IMG/VR virus record: IMGVR_UViG_2862784999_000001
Coordinates: 22,584-86,583 of that record
DNA length: 64,000 bases
Source of the DNA: a virus
Lineage: Duplodnaviria > Caudoviricetes
Reading direction: 5' to 3' (one strand)
Shown: piece by piece, positions 53,829 to 62,712 of the stretch
Layout of the letters: every line of letters starts with the position of its first letter
How positions within the stretch are numbered: position 1 is the first letter of the stretch
The notes under the pieces: model-generated
What the model saw: only the letters and a program-made list of their open reading frames with translations
Database searches by the model: none
Told to the model about the DNA's origin: nothing
Translations under genes and position numbers: made by a program

Positions 53829-54668
53829 CTAGGCGTACTGGCGCTCGACCCACGAGGGCAGCGCAGTCATCGGGTTGGGCAGATAGCCGGGCCATTCGCC
53901 GGACTGGCTGCAGATGGCGTAGGCGTTGAGGGCGACCTGGTTGAGGTGCCGGCCGATCTCGCGGGCCATCGGGTCGCAGGTCGTGACGACCACCAGGTAC
54001 GGCGGCTCCTTCTCCTGCAGCACGAACTGGAAGGGCTTCTCGGGGTCGGCGACATCGAGGGCGACGCCGGCGTCGAGGTACCACTCCTGCTGCTGCATGT
54101 AGCCGTGCTCGTTGAACGCCTTCTCCAGGTCTTCGCGGCGGCAGGAGCGGGCGGTCTTGTAGTCGACGATCTGGCCGTCGTGGCGCAGCCAGTCGAAGCG
54201 GGCCCGGCGCCAGACGCCGCCGTCTTCCCAGAAGGCGGACTGTTCGGCGGTGCCGCTGCCGGGTTCGAGGAGGGCCGCCGCTTCGGGGTCGGCGCGCAGG
54301 GCGGCGGCCATGGCGTTGACCTGGTCGAGTTCGTGGCGCTTGAGCGGGATGTTCCCGGCTTCACGTATCGCGGCGACCTCGTCCTTGATCGCGTTGGTGT
54401 TCCACTTGTCGGCGTCGACGAGGACGAGTTCGGGGCCGTCGTCGAGGACGAGCTTGTGGGCTGCGGTGCCGAGTTCGAGGGCCTTCTTCGGCGGCTCCCG
54501 GTTGTCCAGCCAGTACTTGAACTTGGCCGGGCATTCGGCGACGAGCTTGCGGGCCCCGCTGGACGAGAGGCTGCCGCCCGGAATGGGGTCGCTGTGGTAC
54601 AGCTCGGCGTCGATGTCGTACAGGCCCGGCTCGACAGCCGGGGCCTCGACCTCCACCGCGGCGGTCAT
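53829..54668 (-). CDS. RecE/exonuclease VIII-like PD-(D/E)XK nuclease
   Basis: YH.D...LSSS, GTAAH, RARFD, DYKT, Y..Q..WY, EKEPPY. Confidence 0.88.
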   Translation of the reverse strand: MTAAVEVEAPAVEPGLYDIDAELYHSDPIPGGSLSSSGARKLVAECPAKFKYWLDNREPPKKALELGTAAHKLVLDDGPELVLVDADKWNTNAIKDEVAAIREAGNIPLKRHELDQVNAMAAALRADPEAAALLEPGSGTAEQSAFWEDGGVWRRARFDWLRHDGQIVDYKTARSCRREDLEKAFNEHGYMQQQEWYLDAGVALDVADPEKPFQFVLQEKEPPYLVVVTTCDPMAREIGRHLNQVALNAYAICSQSGEWPGYLPNPMTALPSWVERQYA

Positions 54669-54994
54669 GCGACTGCCTCGGCGCAGTTCTCGCAGCGGCC
54701 GTCGAAGGTGAACGGGCCGGTGCTGTCACCGCACTTGCAGCCGAGCGGCGCCTGCCCGGTCGCGATGCGGCGCAGCTTGGTCAGGCCCTCCTCGTCGTAG
54801 CGGGCGAGGTGGAGGGCGGCCGAGAGCGCCGGGTAGGCGTCGCGGAGGACGGCCCGGTTGCGGACGTCGGCGGATTCGATCGCCGCCATGAGGTGGACGG
54901 TGAACGTGCCGGGCTGGGCGCCGCCTGTGCGGTCGTAGCGCCACAGCACGTGACGTGCGGTCTCCGGCGGGATGGTGGTGCTTTCGGTGCTCAT
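54665..54994 (-). CDS. hypothetical protein
   Basis: PGTF...L..AI..AD..N...L...YP motif. Confidence 0.7.
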   Translation of the reverse strand: MSTESTTIPPETARHVLWRYDRTGGAQPGTFTVHLMAAIESADVRNRAVLRDAYPALSAALHLARYDEEGLTKLRRIATGQAPLGCKCGDSTGPFTFDGRCENCAEAVA

Positions 54995-55121
54995 GTGACT
55001 CGCTTTCGGGTGCAGTGGTTGGGGGCCAGCTCCCCGGGCCGGGGGGGGGTGCTCCGGGGAGCTGGCCCTGGGTGGCGCGGAGCTGGGGGAAACTCGACGC
55101 GCCGGACTGTGGAGTTGTGGA

Positions 55122-56237
55122 TCAGAGGCGGATCGGCATGACGATGTGGCGGTAGCTGCTGGCTTCGGGGTCAGCAGCGGTGATCACGATCGGTTTGGTC
55201 GGGCCGAACAGGCCGATCCGCACGTCGGGGGTGTCGGTGACCGCGAGGGCCTCCTGCAGCCAGTGCGGCTTGCAGGCGATCTGGATGGCCGGCCCGTCGA
55301 GGTGCTGCCCGTCGAGGTGGTTCATGGCGGTGGCGCCGGTGTCGTCGCCGGCCGCGCGCACGGTGATGTCGTCGGAGCCGAAGCCGAGGAGAATCTTCGG
55401 CTTGCCGTCTCCTGCGACGAGCACGGTCCGGCGGATCGTGTCGACGAGGTCGGCGACCGGGACGATGGCTTCGGTGGTGAAGCCCCCGGTCGGGAACTTT
55501 CCGAAGGGGATCCGCTTGCCGGGATCGATGAGACCGATCGTCGAGTAGCGGACCTGGTCGCCGATCCCGAACGTCTTGCCCTTGAAGGACAGGCCGATCT
55601 CACCGTCGAGGCCCTTGACCGCGGCCTCCAGCGAGCTACCCACCACTAGCGCTTCGAGCTGGCCCTGGTCGCCTGCCGGCGTCCACGGGATGGTGCGGGC
55701 CGCCATGCGGTACCGGTCGGTGGCCCACACCAGCAGCCGGTCGCCGTCGGCTACGAACTGGATGGCGGAGCGCCACAGTTCGTTGCCGATGGTCTTCGCG
55801 TCGCTGTCGGTGGCCTTCGCAACCTGCCGCACAGCGGATGCGAGTTCACGGGAGTCGACGGTTCCGTCGACGCTGCGACGCTCCGACAGCCGCGGGAAGT
55901 CGTGGGCCGCAAGGATGCTCAGCCGGAAGACGTCGCGACCGGCGGCCAGCTCCAGCTGCTGGTCGGCGTCCGTCAGCTCGATGAGCTCCGAGTTGTAGGC
56001 GCCGACCACCTGGGCTGCCATCCGCCCGGGGACGACGATCCGGCCCGGTTCCATGACGTCGGCAGGCAGAGTCGCCCGCGCGTCGCCGCTGTAGCTGGTC
56101 CCGGAGATCGACACCTGGTCCTCCGCGGCCTCGATGAGGAGGCCGGCGAAGACCGGGTTGGTGGGCTTGGCGTCGAGCTGGCTGGCCGTCCAGGCGAGGA
56201 GGTCAGCGAACTGGCGCCGCGCGAGGCGGACCTTCAC
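55122..56237 (-). CDS. dnaN: DNA polymerase III beta sliding clamp
   Basis: 371 aa; P..P.FAGLLIEA, PGRIVVPGR, ATDRYRMA, KP, IVMPIRL C-terminus. Confidence 0.88.
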   Translation of the reverse strand: MKVRLARRQFADLLAWTASQLDAKPTNPVFAGLLIEAAEDQVSISGTSYSGDARATLPADVMEPGRIVVPGRMAAQVVGAYNSELIELTDADQQLELAAGRDVFRLSILAAHDFPRLSERRSVDGTVDSRELASAVRQVAKATDSDAKTIGNELWRSAIQFVADGDRLLVWATDRYRMAARTIPWTPAGDQGQLEALVVGSSLEAAVKGLDGEIGLSFKGKTFGIGDQVRYSTIGLIDPGKRIPFGKFPTGGFTTEAIVPVADLVDTIRRTVLVAGDGKPKILLGFGSDDITVRAAGDDTGATAMNHLDGQHLDGPAIQIACKPHWLQEALAVTDTPDVRIGLFGPTKPIVITAADPEASSYRHIVMPIRL

Positions 56238-56448
56238 GCTGCTTCCGCCTCTCCGATGTTCTCGTCGTCGACCTCGGCCTCATCGGTGCGCGCCTCGGGC
56301 TGGGCGTAGCCCTTGGTCTGCAGCGCGGACAGCGGGAACAGGGTGGGGTGACTGATCTCGATGGTGTTGGACTCGTTCATGGGGGTCTCCAAGTAGTGGT
56401 GCCGGCGGGCGGATGCGGGATCGACGCCCACCGGCGGGTAGGTGGGGG

Positions 56449-56793
56449 TCAGGCGGCCTCGGCGAACGTGCTCGCCTGGTTCTCGATCAGGGCGGCCGGG
56501 ACGTCGAAGCCGCGCAGGGTCAGCAGCTTTCGGGCGATGCGTCGCACATCCGGGCTGGTGGGCGTCTCGCGCCACTGGGGACGGCTGCCGGCCGGGGAGA
56601 GGAGCGCCCACACGTACATGTAGGCCTCGAACTGGTTCTGCCAGATGCGGCCCACCTGGTAGCGGTCCTCGACCTGGCCGAGGTTCAGGCGGGACAGCGT
56701 CTTGACGTCACAGTCCTCACAAAGCCTCTCGAAGTGATAGTTGCCGGGTTCGTCGAAGGCAGGGCAGGTGATCTGCTCGCCGGTGTTCAACAT
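56449..56793 (-). CDS. hypothetical protein
   Basis: 114 aa; GGGAG RBS. Confidence 0.6.
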   Translation of the reverse strand: MLNTGEQITCPAFDEPGNYHFERLCEDCDVKTLSRLNLGQVEDRYQVGRIWQNQFEAYMYVWALLSPAGSRPQWRETPTSPDVRRIARKLLTLRGFDVPAALIENQASTFAEAA

Positions 56794-56924
56794 TCGGGGC
56801 TCCCTCTGGGATGCTTGATCTCGGATCCCCGGGCGTCTCTAGCGCTCGGGGCTTCTTTGTTCGCCGGCCGCCCAACCTCTTGCGGCCGGGCGGCCGGGAG
56901 TTCAGGTGGTGGCGTGGGGGGCCG

Positions 56925-57269
56925 TCACCAGGCCCCTTCGGGTAGGTCATAGGCCGGGTTCGGTACGTAGTCCGGGTGGTCCTCGCCGACTTCCTCGTTG
57001 CTCAAGGGATTGCTCGACCGCTCCGGCTCGGCGGCCTGACCCCGGGTGGTGATGCGGGCAGTGAGTCGGGCTTCGTGGTGCTGCCGGTTGCAGCGGTTGC
57101 AGGCGTGCCGTCCGCGGCCGAGGCGGGTCCAGCCGGCTTCGATCCCGGCGTCGACGGCTTCGGCGCCAGTCGCGTACACGGCGGTGCTGTTGCCGTCCTC
57201 CAGGGAGTCGAGGCAGTCGTCGACGTCGCAGTCGAGGACGACCCCGTCGGGGACGCTGCGCGTGCTCAC
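56925..57269 (-). CDS. hypothetical Cys-containing protein
   Basis: CD...C...GW......HAC..C. Confidence 0.55.
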   Translation of the reverse strand: MSTRSVPDGVVLDCDVDDCLDSLEDGNSTAVYATGAEAVDAGIEAGWTRLGRGRHACNRCNRQHHEARLTARITTRGQAAEPERSSNPLSNEEVGEDHPDYVPNPAYDLPEGAW

Positions 57270-57595
57270 GCGACCGCCTCCAACTCCGGCTCCAGAACAG
57301 GCCGCGGCGTTTCCACCGTCTCCTCGCTGTCGAACTTCAACTGCTTCTCCAGCTCGGCGATCTGCGCGTCGCGCGCCTGCAACTGGGCGGCCTGCCGGTT
57401 GATGAGCTGCTCGGACTGCTGCAGTCGCCCCTCGGCGATCTCGGCGCGCGCCCGCAGTACCCGAGTCCTGGCACCGAGGTCCCGGAACCGCTCGTGGCAC
57501 CAGCTGATGTATTCGCGGTCCGCGGCCCGGTTGCGGCGCAGCTCCGCGTTGCCCGCGCCGGCCCGTCGGCTGCCGACCCCTCCGAGGAGCTTCAC
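57266..57595 (-). CDS. coiled-coil hypothetical protein
   Basis: GGAGG RBS; coupled. Confidence 0.6.
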   Translation of the reverse strand: MKLLGGVGSRRAGAGNAELRRNRAADREYISWCHERFRDLGARTRVLRARAEIAEGRLQQSEQLINRQAAQLQARDAQIAELEKQLKFDSEETVETPRPVLEPELEAVA

Positions 57596-57960
57596 GCCGC
57601 CACCTCCGGCCGGAGGCTGGCCGCGGTGTCGCGGAGCAGCTTGGCCGCTTCCCGCTTGCCGTGCCCCTTCGCGTCGTTCCAGGTGACGACCGCCGCTTCC
57701 GGGATGCGGGCGAGGATGGCCTGCTCGGCGGACCAGACGCGAAGGTCACGGCCCGCGTACCGGGGTGTGCCGTGGGCGGCGATGTTGAGGGCGCCGATGA
57801 TGTCGACACGGCAGTTGGTGAGCTTGGTGCCGCCCGCGGCCTGCCGGTGGTCGTACAGGTCCCGCTTGCAGTGCCCGTTCTCGTCGATGACGTCCGCGGC
57901 TTTGCCGAGGAGTTCGGCGATCTCGGTGTCGGTCGGCGGGGTGAGAGTCTCGGTGGTCAC
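57592..57960 (-). CDS. DUF6197-like protein
   Basis: L.KAAD.I...G.C......GAL......WND..G. Confidence 0.7.
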   Translation of the reverse strand: MTTETLTPPTDTEIAELLGKAADVIDENGHCKRDLYDHRQAAGGTKLTNCRVDIIGALNIAAHGTPRYAGRDLRVWSAEQAILARIPEAAVVTWNDAKGHGKREAAKLLRDTAASLRPEVAA

Positions 57961-58054
57961 TGGCCCTCCTGGCGGGCGCGGATGCGGTGGGAGATGCGCT
58001 CCCCGGCGAGGAGCAGGAACGGGAAGCCGGCGCAGAGGACGATGGCGATGTAGA

Positions 58055-58294
58055 TCACGGCCGCCTCCGGATGTGCTCCGGCTTCAGGCCGAGCTGGTCG
58101 AGGAGTTCGAGGTAGCTGGCCGCGATCAGCGGGTCCCGGGCGAGCTCCCGGCCGACGAGCCTGGGCATCAGGTCGTCGCGCGGGTCGGGGTGTTCGCGGC
58201 CGATCTGGTCGGCGACTCGGACCGCGGCCCGCCGGTGTACCGCCTCGTCGACGAGACCGACGGTGAGCGCGTCCTGGGAGAGTTCGCTGTTCAC
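58055..58294 (-). CDS. hypothetical protein
   Basis: GTG overlap, 79 aa. Confidence 0.55.
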   Translation of the reverse strand: MNSELSQDALTVGLVDEAVHRRAAVRVADQIGREHPDPRDDLMPRLVGRELARDPLIAASYLELLDQLGLKPEHIRRRP

Positions 58295-58593
58295 GCCGCC
58301 ACCGCCTTCGCGGCAGTGCGCAGCGCGTGCAACACCTGCATCTGCGTGCGGCCAGCGGCCCGTTCCCACCCGGTGACCGATCGGCCGCCGAGGTGGTCGA
58401 CGAGGGCGTTCCAGGCTTCGATCGTGGCCTGCTCGGCGTCGATCGAGCTGCGGCCCGGGATGAAGCCGGCGGCCCGGTCGATGGCGTCGGTGATCGGGTT
58501 GCGGTGCGGGTCCCAGCCCTCCGCCTCCAGCAGGTCCGCGGCGCCTTCGACGATGCGGCCGACACGGGTGCGGGTCACGGTCAGCGTCACCAT
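58291..58593 (-). CDS. DUF6197-like protein
   Basis: AADLLEAEGW...WERAAGRTQ.QV...LR.AA. Confidence 0.65.
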   Translation of the reverse strand: MVTLTVTRTRVGRIVEGAADLLEAEGWDPHRNPITDAIDRAAGFIPGRSSIDAEQATIEAWNALVDHLGGRSVTGWERAAGRTQMQVLHALRTAAKAVAA

Positions 58594-58812
58594 CTAGGCC
58601 ACCTGCCAGAGGCTGCGGTTGCGGTTGACAGCGGCGGCCTCGGCGAAGACGACGGCGAGCTTGTCGAGGGTGTCCTGATCGGCGCCCGCCAGGTTCAGGA
58701 CGGCGGCCGAGCCGAGCCCGACAGTGAGGCCGCCGTTCGTCGTGTCCAGGCCGACCGCGTCGACGTCGTCGCCGACGAACACGATCGCCTGCGATACACG
58801 GGTCTCGCTCAT
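58594..58812 (-). CDS. hypothetical protein
   Basis: 72-aa coupled ORF. Confidence 0.5.
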   Translation of the reverse strand: MSETRVSQAIVFVGDDVDAVGLDTTNGGLTVGLGSAAVLNLAGADQDTLDKLAVVFAEAAAVNRNRSLWQVA

Positions 58813-59174
58813 CACGCCTCCAGGGCGGTCAGGTTGGGGTAGCCGGCCTCGGCCGCGTCGTGCTGCTGGAAGACCAGCTCGCCTGCCGCGATGGCCTGGC
58901 TGGTGTCGGAGTGGAGGCCGCAGTGCTGGACCAGGCCGGTCAGCGGCACGTGCAGCATCGGGTGCGACGGAGACGTCATCTCCGGCCCAGCCACCCGGTC
59001 GTATGGCTGGCCGTCCCATTCCCAGGCGGTGCCGTCCACGTCCAGGTAGGGGTGCGTCAGAACCCACAGGCGGCGGTCTGCTGTGCGGAAGATCCGCGGC
59101 GTGACCATGTCGGCTGTCAGGGGGATGCCGGTTCCGGCGATCCGGGACGCGAGGTCGCGGTTGAAGGCGGTCAT
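58812..59174 (-). CDS. hypothetical protein
   Basis: DVDGTAWEW.G motif. Confidence 0.6.
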   Translation of the reverse strand: MTAFNRDLASRIAGTGIPLTADMVTPRIFRTADRRLWVLTHPYLDVDGTAWEWDGQPYDRVAGPEMTSPSHPMLHVPLTGLVQHCGLHSDTSQAIAAGELVFQQHDAAEAGYPNLTALEA

Positions 59175-59716
59175 GACGCCGCCTGCCGTCCGGCGTGCGC
59201 CTCGTGCTTGCGGCTGGCCCAGGGCTTTCCGCTCGCGCTCGTCCGGACCGTCCACTCGATCGGGCCGTGACACTTCCGCAGCGGCCGGTGATACCAGGAG
59301 CGGGACATGGCCAGTTCGCCGCAGCCGGGGCAGGCGATCTTCGGGCCGATCGGCGAGCCCGTCATGCCGGTGCGCTCATCCAAGTACGGCCGGCGGACCG
59401 ACACATCGCCGTCGACAGCCTGGTAGCGGTTGAAGTCCGGCAGGTCGGAGCCGTCGCCGCACATCTCCAGCGCCTCATCCTCGGACTCGGCAGAAACCGG
59501 GATCAGGTACACGCTGGTGACCTCGAAGGCGAGGTAGAACTCGCGCTCGTTATGACCCCAGCCACCGGGCAGCAGCTTGAGCACTCGATCGCTCAGTTCG
59601 CCGGACGGGACGGGGCGAGGCCACCGGGTACCGAAGTGCTCGTGGTCCCCGGCGTGGCCGAGTTCCTTCGTGCAGCCGGCGAACTCGTTGCCCTCGTGGG
59701 GCTCGTCGCACTTCAC
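59171..59716 (-). CDS. hypothetical Cys/His protein
   Basis: C...C....GH.G.H N-terminal motif. Confidence 0.65.
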   Translation of the reverse strand: MKCDEPHEGNEFAGCTKELGHAGDHEHFGTRWPRPVPSGELSDRVLKLLPGGWGHNEREFYLAFEVTSVYLIPVSAESEDEALEMCGDGSDLPDFNRYQAVDGDVSVRRPYLDERTGMTGSPIGPKIACPGCGELAMSRSWYHRPLRKCHGPIEWTVRTSASGKPWASRKHEAHAGRQAAS

Positions 59717-60528
59717 GCCGTCACCTCGGATCCCTCGGCGGCCTGGTCGGCGCGCACCTCCAGGGCTTCGGTCGCGTCGTCCAAGGCGGCCAGGTAGCCG
59801 TCCCGGTACGCTTTCGACTGCTCGCCGTCCTCGTCCGGCGCGGGTACGTCCATCGCCGCAACCGCCTTCGAAGCCTCAGAGAAGACGCTGGAGCGGAAGG
59901 CGCGCGGCTGGGCGAACGGGTCGTCTGCCTGCGGCATCACCTGGTGGTAGAGCCACTGGGCACCCAGAGCGTCGGCGCCTGGGTCGTCCGCGTCGAAGAT
60001 GAACGACGACAGCGACTGGCCGGTCGCCACGAGGGCGTTCTCCAACTCGGCGATCCGGGCGTGCGCCTCGACGACCATCCCCCGCAGGTGCTTCACGTCG
60101 CGGGTGAGCTGGTCGACGTTCAGGCCAGGTGCGGGCGCGGGGTTCCAGGTGTGCTGGACGCCGTCGACCTTGGCCCGGTGCATCCAGCCGTGTCCGAACT
60201 GCTCGGTGCAGCGCACGTCCGGTCGGCCGGAGCGGAGCAGACCGCAGAAGCCGCCTGGCGGGGGGAGTTGCAGGTCGTGCCACTCGCCGTGGTGCAGTTC
60301 CTCCGTGCGGTAGCTGCCCATCGAGCGCTGGAAGCGGAGGCGGTTGCTGGTCTCCGGGTGCCAAGCCTCGTGCCAGTTCTCGCGGTGGCCGACCGGAAGG
60401 ACGCACTGCACGGGCAGTGACCAGTGGACGGAGATGCAGCGGGACTCGTCCGACCGGTTCGGGCGGACCGCGTTCTGACCGTCAGTCCCGTGCGCGGCGC
60501 GGGCGGCGATGTCGGGGTAGGCGGTCAT
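59713..60528 (-). CDS. hypothetical Cys/His protein
   Basis: Two C...C....GH...H modules, then coiled coil. Confidence 0.65.
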   Translation of the reverse strand: MTAYPDIAARAAHGTDGQNAVRPNRSDESRCISVHWSLPVQCVLPVGHRENWHEAWHPETSNRLRFQRSMGSYRTEELHHGEWHDLQLPPPGGFCGLLRSGRPDVRCTEQFGHGWMHRAKVDGVQHTWNPAPAPGLNVDQLTRDVKHLRGMVVEAHARIAELENALVATGQSLSSFIFDADDPGADALGAQWLYHQVMPQADDPFAQPRAFRSSVFSEASKAVAAMDVPAPDEDGEQSKAYRDGYLAALDDATEALEVRADQAAEGSEVTA

Positions 60529-60851
60529 CGGGCACCGCCAGCAAGCATCCGGAGAGCGTCACGGACGTCGATCGGCAGCAGGGCCTCGTCTACCGGAAGG
60601 GACTCGACCGTGAACGTGCCGAGGACCGAGAAGCCGCTGGCGATGCAGCCACGCGACAGCGCCGAGTTCACCTCGACGTAGAAGGAGCGGTCACCGAGAA
60701 CGGTCTTGGCGTGAGAGCGGATCGCCTCCGACAGTTCGTCCACCGTCGAAGCAGTGACCGTCACCGGCGCCAAAGGCGTGCCGCCGATGCTGTGGATCCG
60801 ATCGAAAGCGATGCGGTACCGCACCATCGAGGTCTGCGAGTATGTGGACAA
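60525..60851 (-). CDS. hypothetical protein
   Basis: AGGAG RBS; YRIAFDRI. Confidence 0.6.
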   Translation of the reverse strand: MSTYSQTSMVRYRIAFDRIHSIGGTPLAPVTVTASTVDELSEAIRSHAKTVLGDRSFYVEVNSALSRGCIASGFSVLGTFTVESLPVDEALLPIDVRDALRMLAGGAR

Positions 60852-60956
60852 GGTCCACTCCTGTTCTGTCAGGGACGTGTGGGTGGATCGGTGCGACCCT
60901 CGGGTCGCGGGGCCCCGGCTGCCGGAGTGCGATCCGGCGAAGGGGCCATCCGCCTG

Positions 60957-61250
60957 TCAGGCGGCAGCGCGGGCCGGCTTCGCGAACGGCTGGACGGTGA
61001 ACTGCTCGGTGATGGCCCGGATGTTGAGGCCGGAGAACCACACCTTGTTGCCGTTGTTCACGTGGGGGATTTCGCGGGCGAAGGCCATCAGGCGGAGCTT
61101 GCGGGCGACGAAAGGCAGCCACAGGGCGGCCTCTTCCGGCGTGTAGTGGAAGAGCTCGCCTTCGGGTGTGCTCGGCGCGGGGATGTTCTCGCGGATGGTG
61201 GGGGCGCTCCTCTTGCGGGGCGCGGTCTTCGTGGCCTCGGGGGCGGTCAC
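60957..61250 (-). CDS. excisionase-like DNA-binding protein
   Basis: YTPEEAA.WLP...R.LR..A..REIPH...G.KV.F; directly after cro. Confidence 0.65.
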   Translation of the reverse strand: MTAPEATKTAPRKRSAPTIRENIPAPSTPEGELFHYTPEEAALWLPFVARKLRLMAFAREIPHVNNGNKVWFSGLNIRAITEQFTVQPFAKPARAAA

Positions 61251-61453
61251 GGGGTCTCCTTGTGGGTGATGTCGTCGGGGGTGACACCCAGCGCTGCCGC
61301 GACCTTCTTGATGTTGTCGTCGCCGAGTCCGGCGAGTCCGTGCTCGACTCGCGAGAGATGCGACCGGTGGATCCCCGTCTTTGCGGAGAGCGTGCGCAGG
61401 CTCATATTGAGAGCCCTCCTTCTGTAGCGGATAGCGCTGGAGTGCGGTCTCAC
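61247..61453 (-). CDS. Cro-like XRE regulator
   Basis: SLRTLSAKTGIHRSHLSRVEHG; divergent from the repressor. Confidence 0.85.
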   Translation of the reverse strand: MRPHSSAIRYRRRALNMSLRTLSAKTGIHRSHLSRVEHGLAGLGDDNIKKVAAALGVTPDDITHKETP

Positions 61454-61460
61454 GCCTCAA

Positions 61461-61489
61461 AAGCTAGCCAACAGGAGTGCTTCGGGCAA
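61461..61489 (-). promoter_or_regulatory. early lytic promoter (leaderless cro)
   Basis: TTGCCC-N17-TAGCTT, 7 nt before GTG. Confidence 0.6.
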
Positions 61490-61669
61490 GCCCTGCGAGT
61501 GCATTGCGGGCACTTTTTTAGAGCCTCGACAGGGGCGCACGCCCCCTACCTACCGGTAAGCACGGTGCGCCCCATGCAACCCAAACGCTCTATTTGCGTG
61601 CTCAACCGCAGGTCAAAAGGCTGAATCCCGGCTAGGTGGTTGCATGGAGGTAGTGCATGATGTGGAGAC

Positions 61670-62188
61670 ATGGAGTCAGAGCGAGACTGGGAACGACTGG
61701 GTCAAGCCTTCGCTGAAGCGCGCAAGGCGGCCGACCTCACCCAGATCGAGGTCGCCGAGCGGCTGTCCGTGACGCGCACGCCCATCCAAGCCATCGAGCG
61801 CGGCCGGCAGCCCAACGGCCGGCCCTTCAACAAAGTCACCAGCACGATGCGGGCGTATGCCCGCCTCGTCGGCTGGACCGAGGATTCCCCCAACCGCATC
61901 CTCGCGGGTCACGAACCCGATACCGCCCCCACGATTGAAGAGCAGGCCGCAGAGCGGCAGTCGACACTGCCGCCGGCGATCGACCTGGAGCTGCGTTCGG
62001 GAAAGACTCTCGACAGCACAGTGGTGCACCTCGGGTCCGAGGATGAGGACTCGCGCATCATCGTCGTCCTCAAGGGCTCGGACGACATCAGCGACGAGGA
62101 GCTCGACAAGCTCTGGAAGCAGTGGCGTCAGACCCGGCGACACCTTCAGGGCCTCCCTTCCGGCACGGACGCCCCACAAGAGCCGTAG
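61670..62188 (+). CDS. immunity repressor (XRE HTH)
   Basis: LTQIEVAERLSVTRTPIQAIERG; between cro and integrase. Confidence 0.85.
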   Translation: MESERDWERLGQAFAEARKAADLTQIEVAERLSVTRTPIQAIERGRQPNGRPFNKVTSTMRAYARLVGWTEDSPNRILAGHEPDTAPTIEEQAAERQSTLPPAIDLELRSGKTLDSTVVHLGSEDEDSRIIVVLKGSDDISDEELDKLWKQWRQTRRHLQGLPSGTDAPQEP

Positions 62189-62286
62189 GCATTTTCGGCC
62201 CCAGACGGTCGACTGTGACTCAAAAGTGTGCTTCGATCGACGGACCGTCACCGAGGGGGGGCACTGCTCGGATCGGGGAAGTGCGT

Positions 62287-62691
62287 ATGTGGGTCATGCA
62301 CGTTGAGCGTGTTGAGGGTGACTACATAGAGCCGGAGATCATCGATCTCGAAGACGGCACCGGATGCCTGTTCAGGGTCCACGAGTCAGACATCAGCGAG
62401 GACGGTCCCAAGCGCCTGTCACAGCTGTTGACGGACCAGGCGCAGCGGTGGGCACCGCGACCGCCTGGCTCCGCGCCGGGGCCCGTGGTGAAGGTGCAGT
62501 GGCTGTGCCTTCCCGGGCTGCCGGACCGGTTCGCTATCGGTGTGGAGGACAAGGCCGATTCGATCGACTACACGGTGGACTCGTCCCTGTTGAGCCAGCG
62601 TGCCGCCGACTATCTCGGCCGTCTCGACACGGAGCGCTCCCCGTACTGGCAGCGTGTACCAGAGGGGTATCACGACGGCGACGCCGTCTGA
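62287..62691 (+). CDS. hypothetical protein in the lysogeny cassette
   Basis: 134 aa, apparently two tandem related domains; between repressor and integrase. Confidence 0.65.
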   Translation: MWVMHVERVEGDYIEPEIIDLEDGTGCLFRVHESDISEDGPKRLSQLLTDQAQRWAPRPPGSAPGPVVKVQWLCLPGLPDRFAIGVEDKADSIDYTVDSSLLSQRAADYLGRLDTERSPYWQRVPEGYHDGDAV

Positions 62692-62712
62692 TCCTGGGCG
62701 AAGGGAACGGCC

